Part shown: one piece after another, positions 28,597-38,569 of the stretch
Position numbering within the stretch: position 1 is the stretch's first letter
Layout: every line of letters begins with the position of its first letter
Origin: Candidatus Pacebacteria bacterium GW2011_GWA1_46_10
GTDB taxonomy: Bacteria; Patescibacteriota; Microgenomatia; UBA1400; PJMF01
Length of the DNA stretch: 64,000 bases
NCBI GenBank assembly: GCA_001002135.1
Contig: LCLP01000001.1
Coordinates: 361,114 to 425,113, forward strand
Direction: 5' to 3'
Notes under the pieces: generated by a model
Told to the model about the DNA's origin: nothing
What the model saw: the letters and a program-made list of their open reading frames with translations, nothing else
Databases searched by the model: none
Made by a program: the position numbers and the translations under genes

Positions 28597-29274
28597 ATGC
28601 AGGTAATAATTTTTACGTTGTTTCCGCAGTTTTTTGATTCAGTCTTGAAAACTTCGATCTTAGGCCGGGCGGTGCGCAACCAGCATTTGACAGTGGCAGT
28701 GGTTAACATTCGCGATTTTACGACTGATAAGCATAAAACCACAGATGACCGGCCGTATGGTGGTGGACCGGGGATGGTGATGAAAGTGGAGCCGATTGAT
28801 CGGGCACTGAAAAATTTTAAGTTAACCAAGGGCACTCCAGGCGAGAGAATCATTCTCACTTCAGCCAAAGGAACAATGTTTACCCAAGCTATCGCCCGTG
28901 ATTGGCAATCACTCAAACGAATCGCTCTCATTTGTGGTCACTATGAGGGGGTTGATGAACGAGTAGTCCAACAGTTGATTGATGAAGAAATTCGGATTGG
29001 TGATTATGTGTTAACTGGTGGTGAGCCGGCCGCGGCCGTCATGATTGACGCGGTGGCTCGTCTGATACCTGGTGTGTTGGGCAATGAATCCAGCAATGTC
29101 GATGAATCGCACAGTCTACCGGGCAAAATGGGACACCCGCAGTACACTCGACCTGAAAACTACCAAGGGTGGAAAGTGCCACCGGCACTTTTGACTGGTC
29201 ACCACCAGCAAATTGGTGAATGGCGAGTGCAACAGCAGCAAAAACAAGACCGCTCATATGGCAGAAAAACGTGA
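28597..29274 (+). CDS. trmD: tRNA (guanine-N1)-methyltransferase
   Basis: TLFP, DDRPYGGGPGMV, CGHYEGVDER, IGDYVLTGGE and PQYTRP motifs. Confidence 0.97.
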   Translation: MQVIIFTLFPQFFDSVLKTSILGRAVRNQHLTVAVVNIRDFTTDKHKTTDDRPYGGGPGMVMKVEPIDRALKNFKLTKGTPGERIILTSAKGTMFTQAIARDWQSLKRIALICGHYEGVDERVVQQLIDEEIRIGDYVLTGGEPAAAVMIDAVARLIPGVLGNESSNVDESHSLPGKMGHPQYTRPENYQGWKVPPALLTGHHQQIGEWRVQQQQKQDRSYGRKT

Positions 29275-29605
29275 TGATAGAGAAAAAAATCAGCCAAGAA
29301 CCGCTGAAACGGTCTTGTCGGCTATTACCGATGCTTATCGAAGACAGCATCAACTGACAGAAATTTCTGAAGAAGTTGTTGAGGACGTTATCAAATCGAT
29401 CGCCAATCTTTATATGGAAGCAGCCATGATCGGCGTGCCACACAAAGAAGTTATGCGGGCTGCTCTCCGCGGCATGCCAAGAGGGGCGCAGCGGGCTTTT
29501 TTTCGAGAGCTAGAGGAAAAATATATTTATCAAGTAAATAGGCGGGTTAGCAACAGACTTACTCCGGAGGATCTGTTTGAACTGAAACAAGAATTTGTTC
29601 TTTGA
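29258..29605 (+). CDS. hypothetical protein
   Basis: Helical ORF overlapping the trmD end and filling the gap to rmlD. Confidence 0.55.
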   Translation: MAEKRDDREKNQPRTAETVLSAITDAYRRQHQLTEISEEVVEDVIKSIANLYMEAAMIGVPHKEVMRAALRGMPRGAQRAFFRELEEKYIYQVNRRVSNRLTPEDLFELKQEFVL

Positions 29606-29612
29606 CGGCCAA

Positions 29613-30488
29613 TTAAATTTGTATTGCCGCAATCGCTTCATCGATCGTTTTTGGTGTGAAGTCTAAGACTTTATTGAGTTTGGCTGTACTCATGGCAGTA
29701 TTGCGCTGATACGGGCGCGCCGATTTAACTAAGTATGCTTCAAGGTCGCCCTTTTGGATCTCTCCGCCAAGCTTAAGAGTCCGATTGATGAGCTTGGCAA
29801 ACTCGTAATCAGTCCATTGTTCGCCGCTTGAAGCGTGATACAGACCAGCAAGCTGAGTCCGGACCACCAAGTCAAGTACCTTACTAAAATCATTGAGATA
29901 GGTGGGACCAAAGAAGTGGTTGGTAAATTGTGGGTATAGGGTGCCATCTTGAATGCCGGTGATAATGCGATGAACCGTGTCTTTTTTTTCAAAAGGATCG
30001 GAGCGGAATGGCATGTCGATGCGCAGAATGGTCCAAGGAGTGGTTGATTGTTTGACGATTTCTTCGGCTAAATATTTGGTTTTGCCATACCACTCAATTG
30101 GATTGGGGGTGTCTTCTTCGGTGTAGAGTGCTTTTTTCTCACCGTCAAAAACGTAGGCAGTGGAAACATAAACAACGTGTTTTTTGGTGGCTTCGGCCGC
30201 TTTGATAATATTTTCCGTACCGACCACATTGACCTGGTAAGCCACCCCGCGGGTGTCATCAGTTTGTTGCCAGGCACCGGTGACGTCGGTGTAGGCGGCT
30301 AAGTGAATAACGTGGGTGGCCGGTGAATTATCAAACCGTCCGAGGACTTGCTCGTATTGGGTAATGTCGGTTGGTTGTGTAAGATCACGCAGGTCGAGGT
30401 TATCAAACTCATAGCTGTCGGCAAAATCGAGCGCAAAACGAGAACCGACCAAGCCATTTAGGCCAGTGGTAAGAAGAGGAGTTTTCAT
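29613..30488 (-). CDS. rfbD: dTDP-4-dehydrorhamnose reductase (RmlD family)
   Basis: TGLNGLVG, HLAAYTDV, ST.YVFDG and P...YGKTK motifs. Confidence 0.85.
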   Translation of the reverse strand: MKTPLLTTGLNGLVGSRFALDFADSYEFDNLDLRDLTQPTDITQYEQVLGRFDNSPATHVIHLAAYTDVTGAWQQTDDTRGVAYQVNVVGTENIIKAAEATKKHVVYVSTAYVFDGEKKALYTEEDTPNPIEWYGKTKYLAEEIVKQSTTPWTILRIDMPFRSDPFEKKDTVHRIITGIQDGTLYPQFTNHFFGPTYLNDFSKVLDLVVRTQLAGLYHASSGEQWTDYEFAKLINRTLKLGGEIQKGDLEAYLVKSARPYQRNTAMSTAKLNKVLDFTPKTIDEAIAAIQI

Positions 30489-30498
30489 CCAGCCTTTC

Positions 30499-31284
30499 TT
30501 ACAGTGCTATTTCTTCGCCTACTAAGTTGAGTAGAGCCTGATTCACCCAACGATTGGCTAACCATGGCACAACGGTGGCAAAGCCCTGTGAGAGAGCGTT
30601 GGCGTCGAAACGGAGGTCGCCGGTCAATGGTCGAGGATCGGCGCCGATTTTTTGGTAGGTTTGTTTTTCGTGGTCAACCGCCAAAGTATAAGCGTAGTAC
30701 TTTTTGTAGGCACGCTTGGCTGGCGCACAGATACGTAGGGCGGCCGGTTTTTTGTCGGGAAGATTAAAATTGAGTAGTTCTCCTCCCCACAGATCATTGG
30801 TGAAAGCTAATTCAATTAGTTTTTTGAGTGTTTGAGTGGGGTAAGCTCGGAACTGAGACAGCGGCACGTCGCTGGCCGTTTTGTCCCACAATGATTCTGG
30901 GACACGCCAACTAAACACCAGCGCTCTCTGGGCGATGGCTTTATCCAAAGCTTGTTCGGCCGCCCCCATGGTGCCTGAAGCTGGGATTGAACCGACGTTG
31001 GAACCCATATTCATGCCTGAGAAAACGTAGTCAAAGTCACTGCCAAACAGTTCTCCAGCTAACTCAGTGGCATCTGCTGGCGTGCCGCTGACCCACACTC
31101 CCTCAATGCCATCAACCGCTGCCTTGTCCCACCGGCCTTTACCGGGAAAACTGCCGCCGGTGGAGCTTTGTTGCACTTCTGGGGCCGCAAAATACACTTC
31201 GTCAAATAAATCTTTGATCACGCTGATTAACATCCTAAACCCAAGCGCCTGATAACCGTCGTCGTTGGTCAATAAAACTTTCAT
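30499..31284 (-). CDS. surE: 5'/3'-nucleotidase SurE
   Basis: LLTNDDG, AP..QQS, GTPAD, SG.N.G.N.G and SGT.GAA motifs. Confidence 0.88.
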   Translation of the reverse strand: MKVLLTNDDGYQALGFRMLISVIKDLFDEVYFAAPEVQQSSTGGSFPGKGRWDKAAVDGIEGVWVSGTPADATELAGELFGSDFDYVFSGMNMGSNVGSIPASGTMGAAEQALDKAIAQRALVFSWRVPESLWDKTASDVPLSQFRAYPTQTLKKLIELAFTNDLWGGELLNFNLPDKKPAALRICAPAKRAYKKYYAYTLAVDHEKQTYQKIGADPRPLTGDLRFDANALSQGFATVVPWLANRWVNQALLNLVGEEIAL

Positions 31285-31302
31285 GAAGAAAACTTTCTCG
31301 CC

Positions 31303-32325
31303 TTAGGCATTATCTTGATAATGTTCGGTGAAATAGGCTTTATTATCGTGCTTGAGTTTTTGCCACCACTCTAAATTATCCTGATACCACTCAATAGTTT
31401 TTTGCAAACCTTCTTCCAGAGTGACACTCGGTGACCAGCCCAGTTCATCATGAATTTTGGTCCAATCAATGGCGTAGCGTCGGTCGTGCCCAGGACGGTC
31501 TTTGACGTGTTCAATGCGACTTTCGGGTTGACCCATCATTTTGAGAATCATTTTCGAAATTTCTAAGTTGGAAATATCTTTGGTCAAGCCGCCAACCAAG
31601 TAAGTCTGACCAACCTTGCCATCGGTCAGTACCCGGTCAATGGCGGTACAGTGATCGTAAACATACAGCCAGTCACGCACATATAGGCCATCACCATAGA
31701 CCGGAATTTTTTCGTTTTCAATCAAATTAGTAATGGTCAGCGCGATGAATTTTTCCGGGAACTGATAAGGGCCGTAGTTGTTGGAGCAGTTGGTAATAGT
31801 GTAAGGCAAGCCGAAAGTGGTACCGTAGGCGCGCACCAGGTGATCTGAGGCCGCTTTACTAGCTGAGTAGGGGCTGTGTGGGTTGTAGGGAGTGGTTAAG
31901 TCGAATTTGTTTGGTGTGTTGAGTGGCAGGGCCCCAAAAACTTCGTCGGTTGAGATATGGTGAAAACGTTTAATAGTGTGTTTGAGGGCTGCTTCCAACA
32001 GCACGTGGGTACCGATGACGTTGGTTTCCAAAAAAATCTCCGGGTTTTTGATGGAGCGATCAACGTGTGACTGCGCGGCAAAGTGCACCACTATGTCTAC
32101 ATCATCCATGATTTTATGAACCAACTCTTTGTCACGAATGTCACCATGAGTAAATGTGTAGTTTGGTGAGCTTTCAATTTTTGTCAGATTCTCTAAATTG
32201 CCGGCATAGGTCAAGGCATCAAGGTTGATGACTGTGTCATTGGGGTGTGTGTGGAGCCAATAGTGAATGAAATTGGCGCCGATAAAACCGGCTCCGCCGG
32301 TCACCAACAGTGTTTGTTTTGTCAT
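31303..32325 (-). CDS. rfbB: dTDP-glucose 4,6-dehydratase
   Basis: TGGAGFIG, DALTYAGN, SHVDRS, STDEV, PYSASK and DRPGHDRRY motifs. Confidence 0.95.
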   Translation of the reverse strand: MTKQTLLVTGGAGFIGANFIHYWLHTHPNDTVINLDALTYAGNLENLTKIESSPNYTFTHGDIRDKELVHKIMDDVDIVVHFAAQSHVDRSIKNPEIFLETNVIGTHVLLEAALKHTIKRFHHISTDEVFGALPLNTPNKFDLTTPYNPHSPYSASKAASDHLVRAYGTTFGLPYTITNCSNNYGPYQFPEKFIALTITNLIENEKIPVYGDGLYVRDWLYVYDHCTAIDRVLTDGKVGQTYLVGGLTKDISNLEISKMILKMMGQPESRIEHVKDRPGHDRRYAIDWTKIHDELGWSPSVTLEEGLQKTIEWYQDNLEWWQKLKHDNKAYFTEHYQDNA

Positions 32326-32483
32326 GTTTGGTCAAGCTTCATTTGTAATTGAGTGTTTTTTTGTCGTTCTACTTCTAAAGCAGAGCGGTAGTATCCCGCC
32401 AGCAAAGCAAGCACGACCACTCCCACCATTAAGAGGCGTATCACCACTACCGGTGGAATGGGTTGAGGAAGTTTGCCCAACAT
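32322..32483 (-). CDS. 53-aa small membrane protein (TM plus short coiled coil), not in the ORF track
   Basis: MLGKLPQPIPPVVVIRLLMVGVVVLALLAGYYRSALEVERQKNTQLQMKLDQT*; TGaTATACT 7 nt upstream; ATGA overlap with rfbB. Confidence 0.7.
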   Translation of the reverse strand: MLGKLPQPIPPVVVIRLLMVGVVVLALLAGYYRSALEVERQKNTQLQMKLDQT

Positions 32484-32496
32484 GTTTTAAAGTATA

Positions 32497-33651
32497 TCAA
32501 TTCTGGCTAAAAAAGGCTTGGTAAATCTGGTTGACGAACTTTGCTTGGTCCGGGATGATGTAAACCCACTGATTTTGGTAGCGGCGCGAAATAGGAGGGT
32601 TGTCGATGACGCCATTGACAGGATCATCATCGATGTCTGTCAGTTGGTGACTGTGAAAGGTGATTGGGTTTAGTGCTTGAAAAAGGGCTTTGGCCGTACT
32701 GACTAATTCAAAAAGTGGCAATACTTGGCCAAAGTTTTGCTCGTAAAAGCGAAACACCTCACCGGCTATTTTTGGTTGAGCGATTAGTAGTTTCGGGTTG
32801 GTTAATTGAGCAATCACAGCCTCAATCACTTGCTGTTGACGCGCGCCGCGGGCTAGGTCGTGACCCTGCTCATCTTCACTATGACGACTGCGAATATACT
32901 GGATGGCTCGCTCACCAGTGAGGAGCTGTTCTCCAGCCTGGAAAGTAACGGTTTCATACAGGATAGCGGGGTTACGTTCAGTGGTAATATCAACCCCGGC
33001 GCGCGGGTACTGAGTGTCGGTAAAACCTTGGGCGACTTTGATCTTTACCCCACCAATTAAATCAATCAACGTTTTCAGTTGATCAAGTGATAAAACTACG
33101 GTGTGATGGATAGGTAGATCAGTTATTTCAGTCAGCACTTCTTGAGGGAATCGTTCAGGCTTGTCTGGATACCGGTCAAGGCCGTACGTTAAAAGAGCAT
33201 TAATCTTGGTTTGGTAGGCTTCACTCCACAAGTCTCTGGGAAGGGGGAGGGTGTTAATCTTGCCATGCTGAAAATCAATTGAGACAAGCATCATGGTATC
33301 GGTCAACGGCGGCACGTCGCCGCGCTCAGTAGTAGAGTCGGTTCCCAATACCAGTAGATTTTTGGAGCCATTGTCGGCTACCGGTGCTGTTTGCCAGCCC
33401 AATTTGACTTGACTGATAAACTCACTTTGGCTGATGCCTGCCGCCGATAAAAACTGTCGGAAGCGGCCATAGCCCCACAAACCCAGGGTCAGAGCGGTAA
33501 TCAACAGCATCACTGCGGCAATGCCGATAGCCAAAAAACTGGTTTGCCAAAACAGCGTCCAAAGTGAGAGCTCAGACTGGAGAGAAGTTGAGGCAGTCGG
33601 TTTTTCGCTCTCCAGCAGTTTTTTCTTCGCGTTGACGTTGGACTGTTTCAT
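32497..33651 (-). CDS. LytR-CpsA-Psr (LCP) family glycopolymer transferase
   Basis: NLLVLGTD, TDTMML, LPRDLW, KINA, IRSRH and D..R..RQQ motifs. Confidence 0.9.
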   Translation of the reverse strand: MKQSNVNAKKKLLESEKPTASTSLQSELSLWTLFWQTSFLAIGIAAVMLLITALTLGLWGYGRFRQFLSAAGISQSEFISQVKLGWQTAPVADNGSKNLLVLGTDSTTERGDVPPLTDTMMLVSIDFQHGKINTLPLPRDLWSEAYQTKINALLTYGLDRYPDKPERFPQEVLTEITDLPIHHTVVLSLDQLKTLIDLIGGVKIKVAQGFTDTQYPRAGVDITTERNPAILYETVTFQAGEQLLTGERAIQYIRSRHSEDEQGHDLARGARQQQVIEAVIAQLTNPKLLIAQPKIAGEVFRFYEQNFGQVLPLFELVSTAKALFQALNPITFHSHQLTDIDDDPVNGVIDNPPISRRYQNQWVYIIPDQAKFVNQIYQAFFSQN

Positions 33652-33723
33652 GCTCTGCCCAGCATTGTAACAAAAACTGATCAGTGCTTGGGTTCTGAGC
33701 CTGAAATAAGCTACAATAGGGGT

Positions 33724-35502
33724 GTGCAGCGGTTAAAAAAACTGGTTCCACTGTATTTTTTGATGTTGATCTTTTTGGCCTCGTCGTGGTCGCTCTTGGT
33801 GCCGAAGTTTTTTCGAGTTCATGACTACACTCATGCCGGCCGGATTGTAGAGATGGCAAAGGCTTTAGGTGATGGTCACTTTCCCGTCAGATGGACCCAG
33901 AATTTTGGCTATGGGTATGGTATGCCGTTGTTTGAATTTTATGGTCCGCTGCCGTTTTATATTGGCGCGGTGCTGTTTTGGTTGGGGTTGAGTGCGGTGG
34001 GGAGTATTAAGATACTCTATTTGATTGCCAACGCCGGCACGGCTTGGGGTGGCTATTTGCTTGGTAAACGTTTTTATGGTCGCAGTGGCGGTTTAATCAC
34101 CGCAGCAGCTCTGACTCTGGCGCCGTACCGGGCTCTCAATTTGTTTGTGCGCGGTGCGCTGAATGAAACTTGGGCGATCATGTTTTTTCCTTGGATACTA
34201 CTGGGTGTGGTGCAGATTTTTCACCGCGAGAAACGTGGTTGGCTGTTGTTGACTCTTTCACTGACCGGCCTGTTTTTGTCGCATAATATTATGACGTTAC
34301 TTTTCCTACCTGTTTTGGTATTGTTTATACTGGGTGATTTAGGGCAACTTATTTATCGGCGAGTGCCGGAACTGTATCGCCGAACACAGTTTCGTTGGCG
34401 CAATTTTTCGCGGATGGTAGGTGAACTGATCGGCGGCGGCTTACTGGCAGTGGGGTTATCAGCCTTTTACTTGTTTCCCGCTTATTTGGAGAAGAACCTC
34501 ACCCAAGTGGAATCGGTGATTTTAAGTCCTTATTTTGATTATCGACTGCACTTTCTGTATATCCGGCAGTTTTTCAACCCCCGTTGGGGTTTTGGTGGCA
34601 GTGGCTGGAGCATTACAGATGATATCTCATTCTTTTTGGGGTGGGGGCAATGGTTGGCAATTGGATTGTTCGTAATTTTATTTCTTAGCAAGCTTTGGCG
34701 TCGGTTGCGTAGCAAACAGCTGACTTTATTTTCTAAGCGCGAGTGGAGCTTGTTGAGTTTAACCGGTGGGTTGCTGATCATGACGCTGTATTTATCGATA
34801 CTCAAATCCCAGTGGGCCTGGGACTTACTGCCCATTTTCAAGTTTGTGCAGTTCCCATGGCGTTGGTTAGGCATCAGTGTTGTTTTTTTGGCACTCGGCT
34901 TGGGAGGAATTACTTGGTTGGTGAAGAAACGATTAATACGAGGATATCTCTCAATGGTGGTGGTGGTGCTCACAGTATTGGGGGCGGTATGGTATTTCCG
35001 CCCAGAAAAATACTTAGCGGATAGTAATCAGTTTTACTATACTGATCCCTCCCTGATTCGACGCGAATTGAGCGGCATCCTGCATGATTATGTGCCGGTC
35101 GGTGTACCTATTCCACCCAGTGTGATTCCCGAAGAGCTGGTTATTAATGAAGTGCCGACCGCGAACGGGAGTTTTGAGGTGTTGGCTGATCGAACTCAAG
35201 AAAAATTGATTCGGACCAATTTTACGGCTGACACTTTATTAAGTTTAGCAGTGGCCGACTATCCAGGTTGGCGGGTAGAGATCGATAACCAGCGCTGGAG
35301 TCGTCAATTAGGCGAGAACGGCAATATCGAACTGTTAGTGCCGGCCGGAAAGCACGTAGTAACGCTGCGTTTTCTTAGTACGCCGATCCGTCAGTTTGCT
35401 GACTGGGCGAGTCTTGCTGCCGGGATTTTGCTCGTCTTTTTGCTGTTGCCAAAAAACCTCCCAGCCCTGAGTAAAGAGCAAAAAAGGAAAGCAAGCCAAT
35501 GA
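33724..35502 (+). CDS. YfhO/PTPS-related GT-C membrane protein
   Basis: HD..H..R, G.FP.RW, GYG.PLF.FY, RGAL.E, QFPWR and YPGW motifs; start GTG 33724. Confidence 0.78.
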   Translation: MQRLKKLVPLYFLMLIFLASSWSLLVPKFFRVHDYTHAGRIVEMAKALGDGHFPVRWTQNFGYGYGMPLFEFYGPLPFYIGAVLFWLGLSAVGSIKILYLIANAGTAWGGYLLGKRFYGRSGGLITAAALTLAPYRALNLFVRGALNETWAIMFFPWILLGVVQIFHREKRGWLLLTLSLTGLFLSHNIMTLLFLPVLVLFILGDLGQLIYRRVPELYRRTQFRWRNFSRMVGELIGGGLLAVGLSAFYLFPAYLEKNLTQVESVILSPYFDYRLHFLYIRQFFNPRWGFGGSGWSITDDISFFLGWGQWLAIGLFVILFLSKLWRRLRSKQLTLFSKREWSLLSLTGGLLIMTLYLSILKSQWAWDLLPIFKFVQFPWRWLGISVVFLALGLGGITWLVKKRLIRGYLSMVVVVLTVLGAVWYFRPEKYLADSNQFYYTDPSLIRRELSGILHDYVPVGVPIPPSVIPEELVINEVPTANGSFEVLADRTQEKLIRTNFTADTLLSLAVADYPGWRVEIDNQRWSRQLGENGNIELLVPAGKHVVTLRFLSTPIRQFADWASLAAGILLVFLLLPKNLPALSKEQKRKASQ

Positions 35503-37001
35503 TTCAGCCAACCGTGGTTGATACAACCGATGAAGTGGAGGAACTGTTGGGCGATGAGGCACAGATCCAAGAAATTAAGAAGCGGTCTTTGACCGGTGCC
35601 GTATCCTATTTTTTGCGGACGATTTTTCTCCAACTGATTGGTTTGGTAGCCGTCTTTTTACTGAGTGCGTTTTTTACGCCGGCAGACTTTGGTGTTTACG
35701 GGTTTGTGGTCCAGATTATTGGTTTATTGATTTTCTTTTCTGACATCGGCTTGGCGGCAGCCTTAGTACAAAAGAAAAATGAACCAAGCAAAACAGAGTA
35801 CCGGGTAGCGTTTACGGTTCAAAGCTTACTGAGTTTGGGAATTGTCGCAGTGGTCGGGTTATTGTTAGCCTCAGGGTGGGTGCAAAATAAGGTTGGTGAG
35901 GCGGGGACTTGGGTGCTGCTGAGTTTGGCTTTGTCGTTTCCTTTGGCTACTTTGAAAACAATCCCTTCTATTCGCCTGGAGCGAAAACTGCTTTTTAGTA
36001 AATTAGTTGTCCCTCAAGTTTTTGAACAGCTGGTTTTTTATGGTTTGTTGATTGGGTTGGCATGGCAGGGGATGGGAGTAATGGCTTACACTTATGCCGT
36101 GGTAGCTCGCTCAGTGATCGGGGTGATAGTGATGTGGTTGATTGAACCGTGGTTGGAAATTGGTTTTCGCTGGCACGGACCGACACTGCGCTCATTACTT
36201 GGGTTTGGGGTGAAGTTTCAATTCAATGATTTTTTGGCTCGCATCAAAGACCAGCTGTTTTTCTTAGGGCTGGGTGTTTTCTTGCCGCTCGACCAATTCG
36301 GGTATATCCAGTGGGCAAAGAATTGGTCGATGTATCCCTATAACCTGACAGTACAAAATGTTTTAGCCATTACCTTTCCAACCTATTCGCGGCTTCAAGC
36401 TCGAGTTGACCTCTTGCAAAAAGCCATCGAAAAATCACTGTTTTTTATTTCTTTGGCTATTTTCCCGATTTTGACTGGGATGAGCATTTTTATTTGGCCT
36501 TTAACTCAAGTTATTACTCAGTATCGTCAGTGGCAACCGGCGGTTTTAAGCTTTATTTTCTTCACCCTGAGTATCGGGTGGGCTGCATTATCAACGCCGT
36601 TAGTCAACACTTTAAATGCGATTGGTCAGATTAATAAAACTCTTAAATTAATGGGTTTGTGGACTGTTTTGACTTGGGTTCTCACCCCGCTCCTGCTTTG
36701 GCGGCTGGGGTACAATGGGGTGGCATTGGCGGCATTGGTGATTTCGTTTACCTCGGTTTTATCAGTTAAGCTAGTCAAACAGCACGTGCCGGTGCGAATA
36801 ATACCTCAAGTGAGTTTGGCGCTCACTGGCTCTTTAACGATGGCGCTGGTTGGGATCTTTGGCATGGCGTGGTGGTCAAGCAGTCTGAGGCTGTTACTCC
36901 TGGGTATGACAGCCAGTAGTGCCGCTTACTTGGCGGTCATTGGTTTGTTTGGCTGGCAGCGCTTAGTAGCCGAAATTCAAAGTCTCACTGGTCGATCATG
37001 A
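35499..37001 (+). CDS. Wzx/PST-family oligosaccharide flippase
   Basis: P.DFGVY, SDIGL.AALVQ and LER.L.F motifs; about 14 TM segments. Confidence 0.85.
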   Translation: MIQPTVVDTTDEVEELLGDEAQIQEIKKRSLTGAVSYFLRTIFLQLIGLVAVFLLSAFFTPADFGVYGFVVQIIGLLIFFSDIGLAAALVQKKNEPSKTEYRVAFTVQSLLSLGIVAVVGLLLASGWVQNKVGEAGTWVLLSLALSFPLATLKTIPSIRLERKLLFSKLVVPQVFEQLVFYGLLIGLAWQGMGVMAYTYAVVARSVIGVIVMWLIEPWLEIGFRWHGPTLRSLLGFGVKFQFNDFLARIKDQLFFLGLGVFLPLDQFGYIQWAKNWSMYPYNLTVQNVLAITFPTYSRLQARVDLLQKAIEKSLFFISLAIFPILTGMSIFIWPLTQVITQYRQWQPAVLSFIFFTLSIGWAALSTPLVNTLNAIGQINKTLKLMGLWTVLTWVLTPLLLWRLGYNGVALAALVISFTSVLSVKLVKQHVPVRIIPQVSLALTGSLTMALVGIFGMAWWSSSLRLLLLGMTASSAAYLAVIGLFGWQRLVAEIQSLTGRS

Positions 37002-38569
37002 AACTGCTTATTCGTTTTAGATGGAAGTATTTTGGCTTGATAGGAGTGTTGGGTTTACTGCTCGGAGGTTGGTTTTTTGGTCGGTTTATTGATGAGCAAG
37101 AAAACATGGTCGGCGGTTGGCTGATTGCCCAAGGTTGGGTGATCTACCGTGATTTTTTTCTCCACCACACCCCACTCCCGTACTTTATTTCTTCACTTTT
37201 ATTTATGATTGGCCAACCAATGGGCTGGTGGTGGCGAGCGGTGACACTACTGTATGTCTTGATGGTAGGTAGAGTTATTTGGTCCAATGCTGACCATCAA
37301 CTACAACCATCGATAATTTTAACTGGTTTACTGCTGGGTTTGGCGGCGCCGAGACTGAATCTCAATATGTACTTGGCTGATAGCTTTTTTGCAGTGTCAT
37401 TCTTAGGGAGTGTTATTTTGTTGTGGCAGTATTGGCAGTTTCGGCCAGCGCGCTTTCATTTCACCCTCAAATGGTTGTTGTTTTTCTGGTTTGTCAGTGG
37501 CTGGTCAACGATTGTAGCTGTGCCGCCTTTTTTAGTATTATTGGCGATTTTATTTGGGCTTGAGTACCGACGAAAAAAAAGTTGGCTTACACTGTGGCAG
37601 GCCAGCCGGAAACCACTTGGCTGGTTTCTTGGTTTGGTGAGTATTTTTCCGCTTTATTTCTGGTTGAGCGGGGCACTGAACGATTTTGTTTGGTCGACCG
37701 TAACGTATAACCAGCAATATTACTTCCCGCTCCGCTTGGCAGAAACCGCAGGCGAGCGGCAGTGGGGGGCTTTTTACTACTCGTATCTAAGGTTCGGCTC
37801 ACTGATTATTGAGCAGGGGAGACTTATTTTTCAAACGGCGCTCACTTTTTTACAAACTCTTGGTGGAATGATGTTGGCGGTTAGTTTGATCTTGATAGCT
37901 CAACTCACTCGGTTATTGCTGGTTTGGTTGACCACCCCAGTCACTACCTTGGCGGCTGATGCCTTGACTGTTTTGGCAGTGGGGTGGTGGGCAATAGCGC
38001 TCAGTTTACTTTGGCGTCAAAGGTGGCAACTGCTGTTGGTGATGTTTGTTTTGTCTGGATTGTTGTATATGAGAAATAACGAGGTTTTTCACCTCTCGGT
38101 TTTATTTCTGACCCTTTTTTGGTTGATTAGTTTTTGGTGGGTGAGTAGTTGGCAGCAACGACGGTTACCACGAGTGTTTTTTTGGAGTTTCGTTTTACTG
38201 GTTATTATCACTTACTTTGCACCAAGTTACCTTGAACACGTACGTCATCGTTTCCCGATTATTACTCCAGCCCAACGACAACAGGCTCAGCGAATTAAGA
38301 CCCTTTCTCAGCCTGGGGAAAAGTTGCAAGTAGTTGGTGGCGATTTGACGTACTATTGGCTCAGTAACCGACTGCCAGCAGGGGAGACTATCATTTATTA
38401 TCCTTGGTTCCAGCCGGTCGAGCGAATTCGTCAACCGTTGTTGACGACACTGACGGAACAAACAGCGCAGCTAGTAATTTTGGCAGAGCCGTTTGATCGG
38501 GAACTAGTAGAAATACTCGAAACAAATTATAGTAAGAAAGAGCAGGGGCTATATCAACCTTTAAAATAA
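36998..38569 (+). CDS. GT-C membrane glycosyltransferase
   Basis: DEQEN...GW....G..IYRDFF.HH.PL and YYWLS.RLP motifs. Confidence 0.72.
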   Translation: MKLLIRFRWKYFGLIGVLGLLLGGWFFGRFIDEQENMVGGWLIAQGWVIYRDFFLHHTPLPYFISSLLFMIGQPMGWWWRAVTLLYVLMVGRVIWSNADHQLQPSIILTGLLLGLAAPRLNLNMYLADSFFAVSFLGSVILLWQYWQFRPARFHFTLKWLLFFWFVSGWSTIVAVPPFLVLLAILFGLEYRRKKSWLTLWQASRKPLGWFLGLVSIFPLYFWLSGALNDFVWSTVTYNQQYYFPLRLAETAGERQWGAFYYSYLRFGSLIIEQGRLIFQTALTFLQTLGGMMLAVSLILIAQLTRLLLVWLTTPVTTLAADALTVLAVGWWAIALSLLWRQRWQLLLVMFVLSGLLYMRNNEVFHLSVLFLTLFWLISFWWVSSWQQRRLPRVFFWSFVLLVIITYFAPSYLEHVRHRFPIITPAQRQQAQRIKTLSQPGEKLQVVGGDLTYYWLSNRLPAGETIIYYPWFQPVERIRQPLLTTLTEQTAQLVILAEPFDRELVEILETNYSKKEQGLYQPLK

